This document shows positions 11,955-25,218 of a DNA stretch of 64,000 nucleotides, one piece after another. Position 1 is the first letter of the stretch. Each line of letters opens with the position of its first letter. The stretch lies in assembly GCF_006345805.1 (NCBI RefSeq), contig NC_043006.1, positions 744,001-808,000 on the forward strand. Direction: 5' to 3'. Position numbers and translations under genes: made by a program. Under the pieces are notes generated by a model, which saw only the letters and a program-made list of their open reading frames with translations, was not told where the DNA came from and did not search any database. The DNA comes from Octopus sinensis. Taxonomy: Eukaryota.

Positions 11955-12560
11955 CTTCAAATTTTGGCACAAGGCTAACAAAATTAGGGAAAGATATTAG
12001 TCGATCGGATCGATGACGGTGCTCGATTGGTACTTTATTCCATTGACTTCCGAAGGATGAAAGACAAAGTTGACTTCAGCTAGAATTGAACTCAGAACGT
12101 AAAGAGCTGCAAGACGCTCTAACTATTGTCAGTTCGACACCTGATGTTTAGAACTTAGGTCTGTCATGAGCCCTACGACTCCGAAGGTCGGACATTTATC
12201 CGGTTTCAGTGGTATATAAATGTGATTGCAACATTCCTCCCCACCCCTGAATGGGACACCGGTCGTTCGCAGGGTTAACCTCCCTGCTATTGCTGGAATT
12301 CAAGTAAAGTGAAATGAAGTGTCTTGCACAAGAACACAATGTACCAGTCAATCCGGGAACCGAAACCGCTATCTTATGATCGTTAGAACGCCGGAAGAAT
12401 GTGGCATTGTTCCGGCTCAAACACCGCCGAGGTCAGCTTTGTCTTTCATCGATAAAATAAGCACCCACCAAGTACAGAGATCGATGTAATTGACTAACAC
12501 CCTCCACCCACAAAAAATTCCGGCCTTTTGCCTGTAGCAGAAAAGAAAAAAGATATTACC
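11955..12560. mobile_element. Cluster of decayed SINEs: family A (-), family D (-), family A (+)
   Basis: aaattttggcacaagg...gaactcagaacgtaa; gaaatgaagtgtcttgcacaagaacacaa; ccgccgaggtcagctttgtctttcatc. Confidence 0.7.
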
Positions 12561-13945
12561 TTTTATCTTTTTCAGTCATTAGACTGCGGCCATACTGGGG
12601 CAGCGACTTGGAGGATTTTTTAATCGAATGACTCGACCCCAGTCTTTATTTTTTTTAAAGCCTGGTACTTATTCTATCGGTCTCTTCGTTACGGGGATGT
12701 AAACACATCAACACCGGTTGTCAAGCGATGGTGGGGGACAAACACCGATACAAAAATACACGCACAAAACACACACAGAATATATATATATATATATATG
12801 TGAAGTATATTTGCCACTTAAATGTAGCTAACCACTAAGGGTGGATGCTACTGTAGCTTGTAGCCCCAGGAGAACATCTTCTCCAGCTGGCTATTGACAC
12901 TTTCTGTGCCCTATCAGTATTTGCAAAGAGAAGCCATCCTTCCCATCGCCGACCTGACGTGATACGCACGGACCCGGGTTTCTGAATATTTACTTGTCGT
13001 CAGCGCACGACAATCACCGGTCTTCGATGCGAAGGGGGTCCCAATGCAAATACCTATATCCTTTTTCCAGTGACGAAAAGTTACTGATCTAGAAAACGTG
13101 TATATATATATACGACGGGCTCCTTTCAGTTTCCGTCAACCAGGTCCACTCACACAGCTTTGGTTGGCTCAAGGCTATAGTAGATTACACCCAAGGTGCC
13201 ACGCAGTGGGACTGAACCGGGAACCATGCGGTTGGGAAGCAAGCTTCTTACCACACAGCCGCGCCTGCGCCATAGAATTTTTTTTTCACATGAGTTTTTT
13301 TAAACTCATTCCATTAAACTAGACTTCATCATTCACATATTAAAACATATTGATTCTTCATCACTGGTTTTTATCAGCACTCGATCTCTCATTCTTTCTC
13401 TCCTTCTTTCCCGTACCCCCACCCACCCCCGCTTCTCCAATTTCTCTCTCTCTCTTTATATCTTCCAATGTTATCCTGCACAAACCGACAAGCTAGTTAG
13501 GATCCAAATTTGATTCAATTTTATCTCATCTGTTTTCTTTTCTCTCTATTGGTCGATTTAATTTCCCTGTCAATTTTATCCATACCTATATCTGTCCGCT
13601 GTTCTAATAGAATGTTTAATGTACGTGTCACATGATTCTATTTATGCACGGTATTCTTTGTCTGTTAGTGGGACACACAGACACATACACACACACACGT
13701 ACATGTATGTTTGGCTTTAAATATCACACGGGTATTGTAAATTACTGCAATTCTTTGATACTATCTTTGATGCTGGTTAAATTTACCGTTTTTGGAATTG
13801 TCGATTCTAACGAATTTAAAATGTTCGTGCTTGTTTTCATTTCGTTTTGTTTTCATTATTCATTCATCAACATTTAAAGGTTATACGAAATTGGTTCTTA
13901 GGAATAAGTTCACGCTGCTCTTTTCTATCATTTTTGTGTTTCATG

Positions 13946-13995
13946 TGTATGTATGTATGTATGTATGTATGTATGTATGTATGTATGTATGTATG

Positions 13996-14060
<65 letters not shown>

Positions 14061-14061
14061 C

Positions 14062-14095
<34 letters not shown>

Positions 14096-14125
14096 TGTGC
14101 ACGCGTTTATTTATTATATATATAT

Positions 14126-14194
<69 letters not shown>

Positions 14195-14244
14195 ATATAT
14201 ACGTCTTAGGTATATTAAATGAGGTATAAATATACTTATATATA

Positions 14245-14284
<40 letters not shown>

Positions 14285-14315
14285 TCACACACACATGCAT
14301 ACATACACACACACA
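13946..14315. repeat. Compound (GTAT)n/(TA)n/(TG)n microsatellite
   Basis: Direct reading. Confidence 0.97.
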
Positions 14316-14554
14316 CGTAATTTAATATACACAATATTTAACTGTGAGTTACTTTAATTTTCCCATTCTAAAAGTACCAATAGCCTGACGAGTTTGTATG
14401 GCGTGCCATGTAATATTATGCAACCTTCCAGGCTTCATAGAAGCTTATCCGACTGTTGAGCTATAAGAGCATGAAACTTATGGTGGCTTGTATTTAAATC
14501 CAGTGTTTATTAAACGATATTTAGCTCTCGTTGGATGGAAGTATACTCTACACA

Positions 14555-14590
<36 letters not shown>

Positions 14591-15196
14591 GTGAGGCATG
14601 TATGCATACTTACGCACACACACTCTCTAATATTTGTTTCTCCCTTACATTTTGTATTCTAAACCAGTTCCAGAATAAACAAGAACAAAAAGCTTGGTAT
14701 TTATATTTCGTTCTTTTCATTTCACTTCTTTTAAAATCATTTTTGTAATTATTAAAGTTTCCCAATAAAAGAATATGGCAGACATGCTGACTAAAATGTC
14801 AACACTAATAAAAATCATTACAACATTAGTAGCAACAATGCTGACCAACAATATAAACAGTAACAATGTTAATAGTGAAAATAATGATTTTTTCTTTCCT
14901 CGGGTACAACATCATCAACTCTGAGTACGAGGCAGTCGATTAAACCGACCGTTCATTATGTTACATGGAATTATTTTATAACCACCGGAAATAGAACAAG
15001 GTAATGTTGAACGCAATCAGATTTGAAGTTATGATATAAATAGACGAAATTAAATAATTTAAGGCAATTTTCTCCGGTTCTCTACCGATTGTGCTAGCGA
15101 TGATAGTTATAATTTCATGATCATGATCATGATCATCATCAGCAAGAAGATCATCAACAACAGCAGCAACAGCAACAATAATAATAATTATTATTA

Positions 15197-15755
15197 TAAT
15201 TCCCTGATGCAGTACCAGACAGAGGCTCTCTTGGCTTCTGATCTTAGCTGATTGGAAGTGTTATCATGTACATTGTTTTGTCTTGGTATAAAAGATGGGC
15301 TACAGCAAATATTCTGCTCAATACTACAGATTTGCTTGTCAGTTGTTTGACTTTTAACCAATTGAGCATGTCCCTTAGTGGCTGACGATATGTGCATCTC
15401 TGATCACAAGCAGAAGTAGTGGGGGAGCAACATAGCCATGTGTTGAGAGGGATTCTTTGAGGTTTGAATAATACACCTCTGGAATCATGGTTGTTTTGAT
15501 CATCATCCTTAAACAACCCTTATTCAGGGACATTTTGAGCGGAATGGACTACTCGACCTGAAAAGATCTTAAATGGGCCTCACCTGCAAGGTCACGCGTT
15601 GTTTATCTTGTTATGAGATCATCACGTCGCGCACGTATGGTTGTGATGCACGTGCCTGGTGTACCCTTGTCAGACGAGTAGTCATGATGGGGTTATTGGG
15701 CTTCGTATAATTTGTACCCCAATGTTACTTTGATGGCATGCATTGCTCTCTCAAT
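15197..15755. mobile_element. Unclassified ~560-bp interspersed repeat between (ATA)n tracts
   Basis: Non-coding block (gcagtaccagacagaggctctc...gatggcatgcattgctctctc) that I recall as a high-copy octopus repeat. Only one copy in this window. Confidence 0.45.
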
Positions 15756-15771
15756 AATAATGATAATAATA

Positions 15772-16350
15772 TTTCTAATTTTGCCACAAGGTCAGAAATT
15801 TTGAGGGAAGAAGGAAGTTGATTATCTCAGCACCAGTGCTTAACTGTAACTTATTTTGTCAACCCTGAAAGGATGAAAGTCAGAGCCGACCTCGGCGCAA
15901 TTTGAGGTCAGCACGTAAAGGCAAATAAAATGCCGCTGAGCATTTTTCCAGTGTACTAAGCTGATAATATTATTAATCCTTTCTTCTGTAGGTCCAAGGC
16001 CTGCCATTTCCAGGAGGGGACTAATGGATTACATCGACCCTAGTGCTTATCTGGTACTTATTTCATCGACCCCGAAAGGTTGAAAGGCAACGTCGACCTC
16101 CATGGAATTTCGATCTCAGAACGTAAAGCCTGAAGAAATACCGCCAAGGATTTTAAATCCGGTGCAGTAAAACAATAATGATATTAGTTTCAAATTTTCA
16201 CACAAGGCCAACAGTTTAGTGGGAAGGGGTAAGTCAGTTACATCGACCCCAGTGCTAACATCGAAAGGCTGGAAAGTAGTTGACCTCGGCAACATTTAAC
16301 CTCAGAACGTAAAACCGGAAGAAATACCGTCAAGCATTCTGTTCGGCGCG
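15772..16350 (-). mobile_element. Three tandem decayed SINE family A copies
   Basis: Three successive cacaagg...cgaccc/agtgct...gacctcggc...tcagaacgtaaa units. Confidence 0.8.
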
Positions 16351-16589
16351 GTAAAATGATTCTATTAATAATTAGAAACCACCGAAGTATGAAAATATGG
16401 AAATAGAGATATAAAGTATGTGAAGACCTAAAGCAAAAATCAGTCCCGAGAAATGGTTAAAAAAAAAAGATGCTGATAAAAAAATACATTGTCGAAATTC
16501 CAGAACACAACACAGGCAAGAACATTATTAAGTAGTGTATATATATATATTGCATAGAACAATAGATAATACACAACCGAAACAATCTA

Positions 16590-16917
16590 CTGCAGGTTAC
16601 CCAAAGTGTATAGAGCTGCGCTCGGTCTTGCAATAAAAGAGGTCAATAAAAATAAAAAAGCGATTGTTTACCATTCCAATTGTACTACTTACAAATGGAA
16701 TCATAGACAAATTTCCACATATGCTGTTGTAGTATTGGATTCGACCCGCATTTTGCCACGAAGATATCACATTCAATCACGTGCACAACCAAGATTTTAT
16801 CCAATGAACAGCCGTTGTTCACGTGATAGTTCTATAGTCTGAAGAGAACTTTCCGCGAGCGAGGCCTACAAATACAGCTAAATTGAGCGCCAAAATCTCA
16901 AAGTGGAAATAGCTGTT
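16590..16917 (+). mobile_element. Possible decayed Penelope-like 3' end with a hammerhead-like motif (16839-16917)
   Basis: Weak peptide YRAALGLAIKEVNKN resembles the GIY-YIG C-terminal E-A-L-x-I-K segment. It is followed by CTGAAGA-GA-ACTTT...AAAGT-G-GAA-ATAGCTGT-T; stem I does not pair. Confidence 0.35.
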
Positions 16918-17953
16918 TTTCCATTGTTGCATGTTCAACCTGGAATGATCGAAGAAGAGGACACACCAAGGACTCCAATATGTATTTGATATGTAAAAAC
17001 TAGTCCAAATGTTGAATTTCTTACGTGTCATGTGATTATTTTCATTAATTGCATTGAACACCATTCCTATTAACGTAACGAATAAATTATTTTTTCAATA
17101 CATAAAGAAGCCTTCCTTTGTTACACCATAATATTTTCATTTTAGTAATTTGGTCCGTGTATATCTTTGGAAGATATCCCTGGGGTCGCTGTTGATATCT
17201 TCCAAAGCAGCAATTATCCTTGGACATTTGCATGTAAACTTGCTATGATGTAACTAATTCTTTAATAATATAAGAAAAGAAACTTTTGAAGTGCATCTCA
17301 GACACATCTCAAATGGCAAATAATAATTATTATAATGATTTCTTTCAACGGTCTCGGTTACAAATTAATGGAACAAGAACACCTCTACATATTTGTAATT
17401 ATTGTGTATGCCCAGGACAGATCAAAATCAAAGTCGACCCCAGTCCATAAAGAAACAAAATTAAATGTAACACTGACTTGTCTAGCACTCTACCTCTGCT
17501 GATCTCACCCCTAATCGATGAAATAATAATATAAATCAATAAAATTAACCGGAGGGGTGATCTGTTTTGTTTTTGTCTTTCTATTCTCGATTTCATATTT
17601 TATAGTATAGTATATAGTGAAGTAGAAAACGTAACCTCCCAATGAAGTAAGATCCTCAAACACGGTTTAACTGATGGTCGAAGCTACGTCCCTTGCGTTG
17701 CTAATACCACTGGAAATCACTCACAAAAAACGATGCACTTCCTCCATAAACGCAGAGTGCTTTTGCTTCACCGTGATGAGAATGATGATAACGATGATGA
17801 CAGATCTTTGTAAGGGATGAGTATGTGATTGTTTATTATTAAATTCAAAATAGCGAAGTAATGCCTCGTGGTCTTCCTTTTCAGGCTGTCCCATACTGGC
17901 AATGTTGAAACAGCTATGTAGAGAAATGTCAGACGAGAGATTATTTCAAAAAA

Positions 17954-18268
17954 GAAGACGCGTGGTTTAGTGGTTAGGGGTAATCGGCTCACTATTGTGA
18001 AGTCGTGAGTTCGATTCCCGGTGGCGTGTTGTATCCTTGAGCAAGACTTTTTATTTCACGTTGCTCCAGTTCACTCAGTTGTCAAAATTGAGTTGTACAT
18101 GTAATACAAATGACCAGCCTTGTCACATTATGTGTCACGCTGAATCTTTGAGAACTGCTTGAAGGGTACGTGCGCTTGTAGAGTGTTTGGCCACTTACAC
18201 GTTAATCTACAGGCTGTTCCATTGATCGAATCTTTGGAACCTTCGTCGCCATAACCGACGGAGTGTCA
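17954..18268 (+). mobile_element. tRNA-derived SINE (family D here)
   Basis: A box gtggtttagtgg, B box gagttcgattccc, tccttgagcaagac, tail aaccgacggagtgtca. Related copies at ~36238-36560 (+), 48885-48980 (-) and 49265-49510 (-). Confidence 0.85.
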
Positions 18269-18747
18269 GTACACACAGAAAAAATGGTTTTAGAGTTTAG
18301 CCAAGGATTTGTGGGGTCAGTCACAGCAACAAAGAAGTGGGAAAAATGAAAGAGAGTCGGGTATGATTGTAAGGTGGGTGTTGGTGGGAATGGTTTCAGA
18401 TTTAGAGACTTCAGAGAGCAACGAACCTTCAACATAGAGAGCCGACAACGTATATACCGTGTTAGTTCCGTAGCAGCTGTTTGGCACCAGTCCTAAAGAT
18501 CTATGAACATAGAAATAATCAGCAGTGACCAGCTGTGACCAAATTACCATCTTTTTAAGAGTATGTCCAGGACTGCATAATCGAATATCTATTGTATTTA
18601 TTTGATTGGGTGGGATTTGAATGTTATTTGGGTGCTACGTTTAACAACAGTGCCTCTGTAAAGGTTCGCTTGTTGGCTTTTGTTGGGGAGGAATGGATTG
18701 CCATTTAGTCAGCTGGCTTTGGGGAATCTGCTGTAAACTCTGTCTCC

Positions 18748-18748
18748 T

Positions 18749-18840
<92 letters not shown>

Positions 18841-18845
18841 TTTTT

Positions 18846-18880
<35 letters not shown>
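18748..18880. repeat. (TTTC)n microsatellite
   Basis: Direct reading. Confidence 0.97.
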
Positions 18881-19069
18881 CTCTCCTTTTCACACACACA
18901 CACACACTCAGTACGTGTATATATATCTGTATACTGTTTCAGACATATGAGCATATCATTCAAATACATGGGGGTACCGGGTTCGTGTGGCATCTTGGGC
19001 AAGTGTCTTGTTCTATAGCCTCTATTGTCTATATATATATATATATATATAATATATATTATATATCTT

Positions 19070-19121
<52 letters not shown>

Positions 19122-19139
19122 TATATACAATAAAATATA

Positions 19140-20400
19140 CAGGGTTTTGTAGTAAATTGAGACCAGTTTTAGTGGGTTTAACATTTCATTTTTTGACAAA
19201 ACCTTGCTTGATTAATCCTCCTCTTTATTTTTCAGGTAAATAGCGAACTGATTCGACTACTGAACGCGATGGAACAACAAAATCGTTCCGTCATTGTTCT
19301 GGCGCGCGCCGAGCACCCTGCCAATAAAATTGTCAAGTTGATGAAGCTTCAAACAGCAGCAGTTTGTCGTATGTATAAACAATTGAAAGAAGAGGGAAAG
19401 ATTGATTGAAAAGAACACAAGACATGAAGTGATTCCAAACGCAATCCAAAGTTACTCGCTGACCTCAAACGCTCGACGAAGCCAACCCACCAATATCCAT
19501 GACAAACCTTGCAAAGAAACGCAATGTGTCCCTTTCCATGGTGTCCAGTTCTGTGAAGAGGAACCTTGGCATGACTTGTTATGTTCGACGACACCGTCAC
19601 CTCCTAAAGGCCAAGACCAAAGCAATCAGAGCTGAGAGATGCCCAAAGCTTCTGTCATTTATCAAGCATCAAGGTGCAGGAAAAACTCTCGTTTTTGTGG
19701 ATGAGAAGTTCACTGTGGACGCTGAGGTGAATCGCAGAAATTCTCGTGTTATTGCATGTAACCTTTCTGACGTCCCCACTGTGTTTGTGACTAAGAATCT
19801 GCCTCTGTGACGGTATTTGGAGCAGTGGCGAGTGATGGAAGTGTCATAGATCCACAATTCATTGAATATGGCTTGAGGATCGGCACAAAGATGTATCTGG
19901 GCATCCTGAAGAACTCTCTGTTATATTGGATAGACCAGAAGTCTGGGTGCTTATCCAGGACAGTGTGGTGCGTATCCAGGATTCTGTACCATGCTATGGG
20001 TCAAAAGCAATACAGGTCTTCCTTGGTGAGAAGGTGCCATTTTTTGTGAGGGCAACATCTGGACCAATAATAGCCCAGAACTCAACCTTCTCGATTAATT
20101 TTTATGGGGCGTTCTTCAAGCAAGGGCCAATGCTTCACTATACTCGAGTGTCAACAGTTTGAAGGCCTGCATCATACGTGCGATGCGAAAATATCAAAAC
20201 GGCAGAGGTTGCGGCAGCTGCAAACACATTTCGTTCTCATTTGAAGGCAGTAATTGCCCAAAAGGGCGGCCATATTGAGTGACAATTGTTTTAGTCATAA
20301 TCAATGTTACATTAAAATTATATAAGTCTACTACCGTTATTTTACTCTCTATAACCAGTTTTATGCATCGTAAAAATTGTGCCTTATTTGTGTACTCCCA
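19140..20400 (+). mobile_element. Tc1/mariner DNA transposon, DD37D (maT) type, decayed
   Basis: Left end TA|cagggttttgtagtaaattgagacc followed by the transposase pseudogene. A matching right TIR is not clearly recognisable, so the right boundary is approximate. Confidence 0.8.
19269..20282 (+). pseudogene. maT (DD37D) transposase pseudogene
   Basis: MEQQNRSVIVLARA...VFVDEK...VFGAVASDG...QDSVP...W(T)NNSPELNLLD...GGHIE*. There are 37 residues between the 2nd and 3rd Asp after one frameshift correction; several stops and frameshifts. Confidence 0.9.
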
Positions 20401-21129
20401 CGGCCACTTAAAAACCGATGTTGATGGTTCTACGTTCCCGTAAACTAGCGGTTCGGATTAAGAGATCAATAGAATAAAATCCAAGTTGAAAAAAGTACTG
20501 GGATCGATTCATTCGACTACAAAATTTTTCAAGGCGGTGCCTCAGCATGGCCGTAGTACAATGACTGAAACAAGTAAAAGATAAATGGTAACGGTCGACC
20601 ACTGGTGGTGACCGGAGCTAAAGCGGGGAAGGTAATCTGTAGTTATTTTTTGTCAACTATAGATAATCTGTAGTAATTCTTTAGGTGCTGTTCAACCATC
20701 TACTTGAATGGCCTTCCTATATCTTTTTAAACGAAGATTTGCTTACACATGACCACATCCTAGTGGTAAGGTGTATTACAATGCGCAATCCACTCCAAGT
20801 CTCGCCTTTCAATAATTGGCAGACGACTTTCGTGGTTCACGCTCTTCTCAACATTTTCCTTTTTTAGTATTCTGTATGAGGACGTTGAAGTATCTTTGTA
20901 TAACACTTTATTTCAAAGGCCATGAACTTTTTGCTCACTTTCAGCATCTAACACAACATTCATGATTCACATGTGAGAGTGTAACCGAATTTACTCTTCT
21001 TAGAGAGAAGGAGTCTCAGAGAGAAAATATCAGTTGAGGATTCTACTTCGCATTTCTGGTTAAGCAGAATTCTGGTTTTATCATGATTATTCAAATATTA
21101 TAATGTATTTTATTATTATTCCAATGGCC

Positions 21130-21350
21130 CCAACATTTGTTTCAACCAATATTGGTTGTTTTGTAATGTAATCCCGAGGACTAAATTAAATCGATTCCAG
21201 TACAAGACTGGTACGTTATTTATCGAACTCCACCCCTCCTCGGAAGGATGCAAGACTAAAATGATCTCAGCAGGATTTGAACTCAGAACGTAAAGATGAC
21301 CAACTAGATACCGCACATTGATTTCCTTGGATGCTCTATCAGTTCTGCTT
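21130..21350 (-). mobile_element. Decayed SINE family A
   Basis: ggtacgttatttatcga...ggatttgaactcagaacgtaa. Confidence 0.65.
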
Positions 21351-21857
21351 ATCCAACACCCACCAAGTTTCAAACCAATGTTGAACAGAAACATAGTTCT
21401 TTGATAAACTAATGACCTATGAAAAAAAAAAAACGTACTCGCAATAGATGAATCTATAAAATATGAAAAGAATCATAACAATTTCCACACTTAAAAACAC
21501 AACAACAGACAAAAGAATCTTCAGTCAATGGAAGACAAATAATAAATTCGTCCCGTCCCCATCCAAACACAGATAAACTTTTGCTTTTCATTACTGAACG
21601 GATCAGCACGAAACGAATTCTTAGAATCAACGATTGATTTTAATTAGTGTTTTTTAATCTGATATTAATAAAACTTGTCATTGAATGCAATTGACTTCAT
21701 TCAATGCTGATGGGAGGAGATGAGTTTAAAGGGAACAAACAGACATAGAGAGATGTTGGAGATGGGTGAAATGTTCTTGAAAATACAGAAGGGGGAAAGA
21801 AGAATTTGGATGATAAGGAAGGAAGGGGAATTTAGAAGAATCAATAGATAGGTGCTG

Positions 21858-22415
21858 AGAGAGAGAGAGAGAGAGAGAGAGGAAGAGAGAGAGAGGGGAG
21901 AGATGGAGAGAGGAAGAGAGAGATGGAGAGAGAGAGGAGAGAGGAAAAAGAGAGGAGAGAGAGAGAGAGAGGAGAGGAGAGATAGAGATAAGAAGAGAGA
22001 GAGAAAAGAGAAGAGGAAGAGGAGAGAGGAGAGAGAGAGAGAGAGAGAGAGAAGGAGAGATTGAAAAAAGACGAAGAGAGAGAAAAGAAAGAAAGAGAGA
22101 GGGAAAGAGAAAAAGATAGAAAAAGAGACAGAGAGAAAGAGAGTTGAAAATAGAGATGGAAGAGTGAGAGATAAAGGGAGAAAGAGAGAAAGAAGATACA
22201 GAGATGGTAGAGAGAGAGAGAGAGAGAGAGAGAGGAAGATAAAGATATAGAGATGGGGGAAAGAGATATAAGGGAGAGAGCAAATGAAAAATTATAAAGT
22301 GAGGACAAAAGATGATAATAATAGAATAGAAAGGAAGAAAAGAGAGATGGAGAAAGGAGAACACCAAAGAGAGAGAGAGAGAAAGAGAGGGTGAGAGGGT
22401 GAGAGAGAGAGGGGG
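21858..22415. repeat. GA-rich polypurine low-complexity tract
   Basis: Direct reading; almost only A/G on the + strand. Confidence 0.95.
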
Positions 22416-22744
22416 AAGGGCCTTTGTGAGATTTGGCCCAAAAGGACGAGAGAGGGAGAATCTTTGTGGCCGGTGTTCGTTACCTTCAGGTCAAACTGAA
22501 AGAGCAGACATGTGAATAAAGGCCTTCCAGCAGTAACCCTCCAACTGATTCAGGTAGTTTACTTTCGACTACAATATTCAGTATTATTTTAAAAGCTGAT
22601 ATGATATAATTTGAGGCTACATACATATACAAATACATATACGTTCATACATATACATGTACGCGCGCGCACACACACACACACCACACACACACACACA
22701 CAGAATGAAATGTGTGTGGGGTGCGTATAAAAAAGCGAGGTTCG

Positions 22745-22844
22745 NNNNNNNNNNNNNNNNNNNNNNNNNNNNNNNNNNNNNNNNNNNNNNNNNNNNNNNN
22801 NNNNNNNNNNNNNNNNNNNNNNNNNNNNNNNNNNNNNNNNNNNN
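22745..22844. other. Assembly gap (100 N)
   Basis: Run of exactly 100 N, typical of a placeholder for a gap of unknown size. Confidence 0.99.
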
Positions 22845-22999
22845 ACTTGTGACGAAAGACGGAGAGACGTTTACCAGCCATGATCACCTCGTCTTGTTAT
22901 TCAGACCTAATATGTCAAAGTCTACATTATCTAACGTGCCCCTTCCAGATATTTCAGCCCCTCTGGGGCTGTTTAGTTGCAATTAGCAAAATCTATCTG

Positions 23000-23400
23000 G
23001 TGAACTGGCTGAATCGTTAGAGCTTAGCGGAATTTCTTCCGGCTCTTTACGTTCTGAGTTCAAATCCTACCATAGCTTTGCCTTTCATCGATAAAATATG
23101 TACCAGTTCAGCACTGGATCGATATTATTGACATACCTCTCCTAAAATTGCTGGCCTTGTGCCATAGTTAAAAATAAATATTATTTTAAAGGCGGTAAGC
23201 AGGCAGAATAGTTAACGCATCAAACAAAATGCTTAGCATCATATCTTTCGGTTCCTAACGTTCCGAGTTCAAATTCCGTCGAGGTCGACTTTTCTTTTTA
23301 GCCTTTCTGAGTCAGGAATATAAATACTCGTCAAGTACTGGGGTCGTTACCGACTTCCCCACTCCCCCCAAAACTGCCAAAATTAGAATGGATTATTATC
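23000..23400 (+). mobile_element. Two decayed SINE family A copies
   Basis: ggtgaactggctgaatcgttag...gagttcaaatc and ggcggtaagcaggcagaatag...gagttcaaattccgtcgaggtcgac. Confidence 0.75.
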
Positions 23401-23630
23401 ATGATTTGTTTTAATCTTAGGCGGTGTGAATAAACGTAATCGAAGGTAACCAGAATGTGGTGAAGAACAAGATAAAGTGGAATGGTCAATTGATTTGGGA
23501 TTAGCTATTTCTGATACTAATGAAATATTCTCTACATTGACCAAAAATCACGAAAACAAACCAACCTATCTATTTGACTATTTCCTTTCATGCTAGACAC
23601 TTCAAAGTTTCGGTTGGATCGCCACTAGCA

Positions 23631-23664
23631 GACTGTCTGATGATGACGAACTGGTCGAAACTTC
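23631..23664 (+). ncRNA. Hammerhead-like motif
   Basis: gactgt-CTGATGA-T-GAC gaactg GTC-GAAAC-TTC. Stems I and III are not clearly formed. Homologue on the - strand at 24127-24156. Confidence 0.5.
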
Positions 23665-23753
23665 GAAATCATTGCTCAACGTTTCCATATAACAGTTAAT
23701 AAATATGTACTATGCTAAAAATGCATTGAGTAATCCTTCTTGATTACATATAC

Positions 23754-23843
<90 letters not shown>

Positions 23844-23869
23844 CTATCTATCTATCTAATCTATCTCTA

Positions 23870-23908
<39 letters not shown>

Positions 23909-23910
23909 GC

Positions 23911-23970
<60 letters not shown>
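23754..23970. repeat. (TATC)n microsatellite
   Basis: Direct reading. Similar tracts at ~28504-28705, 37213-37316 and 60235-60475. Confidence 0.97.
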
Positions 23971-24126
23971 GCATACCTATATATGATGCATACAAATATA
24001 TATATATATATATATGTGATGTATATAGATACGTATACATACATATGTATACATCCATATATACAATACACATGCACATACATACACACACACACAAACT
24101 GAAAAGACTTCACAAACAGTTATTCC

Positions 24127-24156
24127 GAGTTTCACGTCACCGATCATCAGACAGTC
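24127..24156 (-). ncRNA. Decayed hammerhead-like motif homologous to 23631-23664
   Basis: Minus strand: gactgt-CTGATGA-T-cggtgacgt-GAAAC-TC-ggaat. Confidence 0.4.
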
Positions 24157-24253
24157 GAAAGTATTTTGAACAATAAGGAATATATAAATGTATATAAATA
24201 ATGCAGTGACAATTACTTAGTAGCTCTCTGAATAAACATGAAAGCCAAGTTGA

Positions 24254-24307
<54 letters not shown>

Positions 24308-24516
24308 GCATATGAATACTCACGCACATATATCGAGGTATCCCGATATGGAACATGAAATTGCATTAACTTTATTGACGGGTTATACGGAACTGAAAAG
24401 CATACGGTTTATTTATTTATGTATTTGTTTGTTTATTTGTGATAAATTATAGTGCAATGAGTGAGTGAGTGAGAGAGAGAGGAGAGAGAGAGAGAGAGCA
24501 TGAGAGAGAGAGCATG

Positions 24517-24579
<63 letters not shown>

Positions 24580-24922
24580 TGATAATGAAAGTGCGATGGA
24601 AAAAGTGGTGAATAACCTTCTTGTGCGAGTAATATGGATGTTTCGAAGTTACTGTGGAGAGAATGTCGTCGAGAAGGAAAGACGGAAGATGGCAGTCGAA
24701 CGGATAAATTTCTTTATATTATAGAATTATATAAACAAGCCTCTCCCTCTCTCCCCCTCTCTCTCTCATTCTCTCGCACACACATGTACTCACGTATACA
24801 CACTGAGGGATGTAAATATATGCATGCAATTTATGTATGTATAAACGGCAGCGTGTGTATGTGTAAGCATTTATGTACGTGTGTATGCATGCATATATGT
24901 GTATGGATGTGCGTATACACGT

Positions 24923-24958
24923 ATGCATGTATATATGCATGTATATATACACACATGC

Positions 24959-24989
<31 letters not shown>

Positions 24990-25155
24990 CATATGTGTGC
25001 ATGCGTCTGTATGCATGTATATATGCATGTATATATACAGACACACATGCATATATATATTGTATATATATATTATATATATATATATATATGCATACAC
25101 ACATATGTGTGCATACGTCTGTATGCATGTATATATACATGTATATATACACACA

Positions 25156-25191
<36 letters not shown>

Positions 25192-25218
25192 TACACACAT
25201 ATGTGTGCATGCGTCTGT
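24923..25218. repeat. Higher-order minisatellite: three ~90-110 bp units of mostly alternating purine-pyrimidine sequence
   Basis: Unit atgcatgtatatatgcatgtatatatacacacatgca(ta)n tgcatacacacatatgtgtgcatgcgtctgt repeated three times. Confidence 0.85.

Noticed and set aside
14385-14480. CTGACGA...GAAAC-TTA hammerhead candidate
   Set aside because: Stems I, II and III do not pair convincingly; at best a very decayed relative of 45261.
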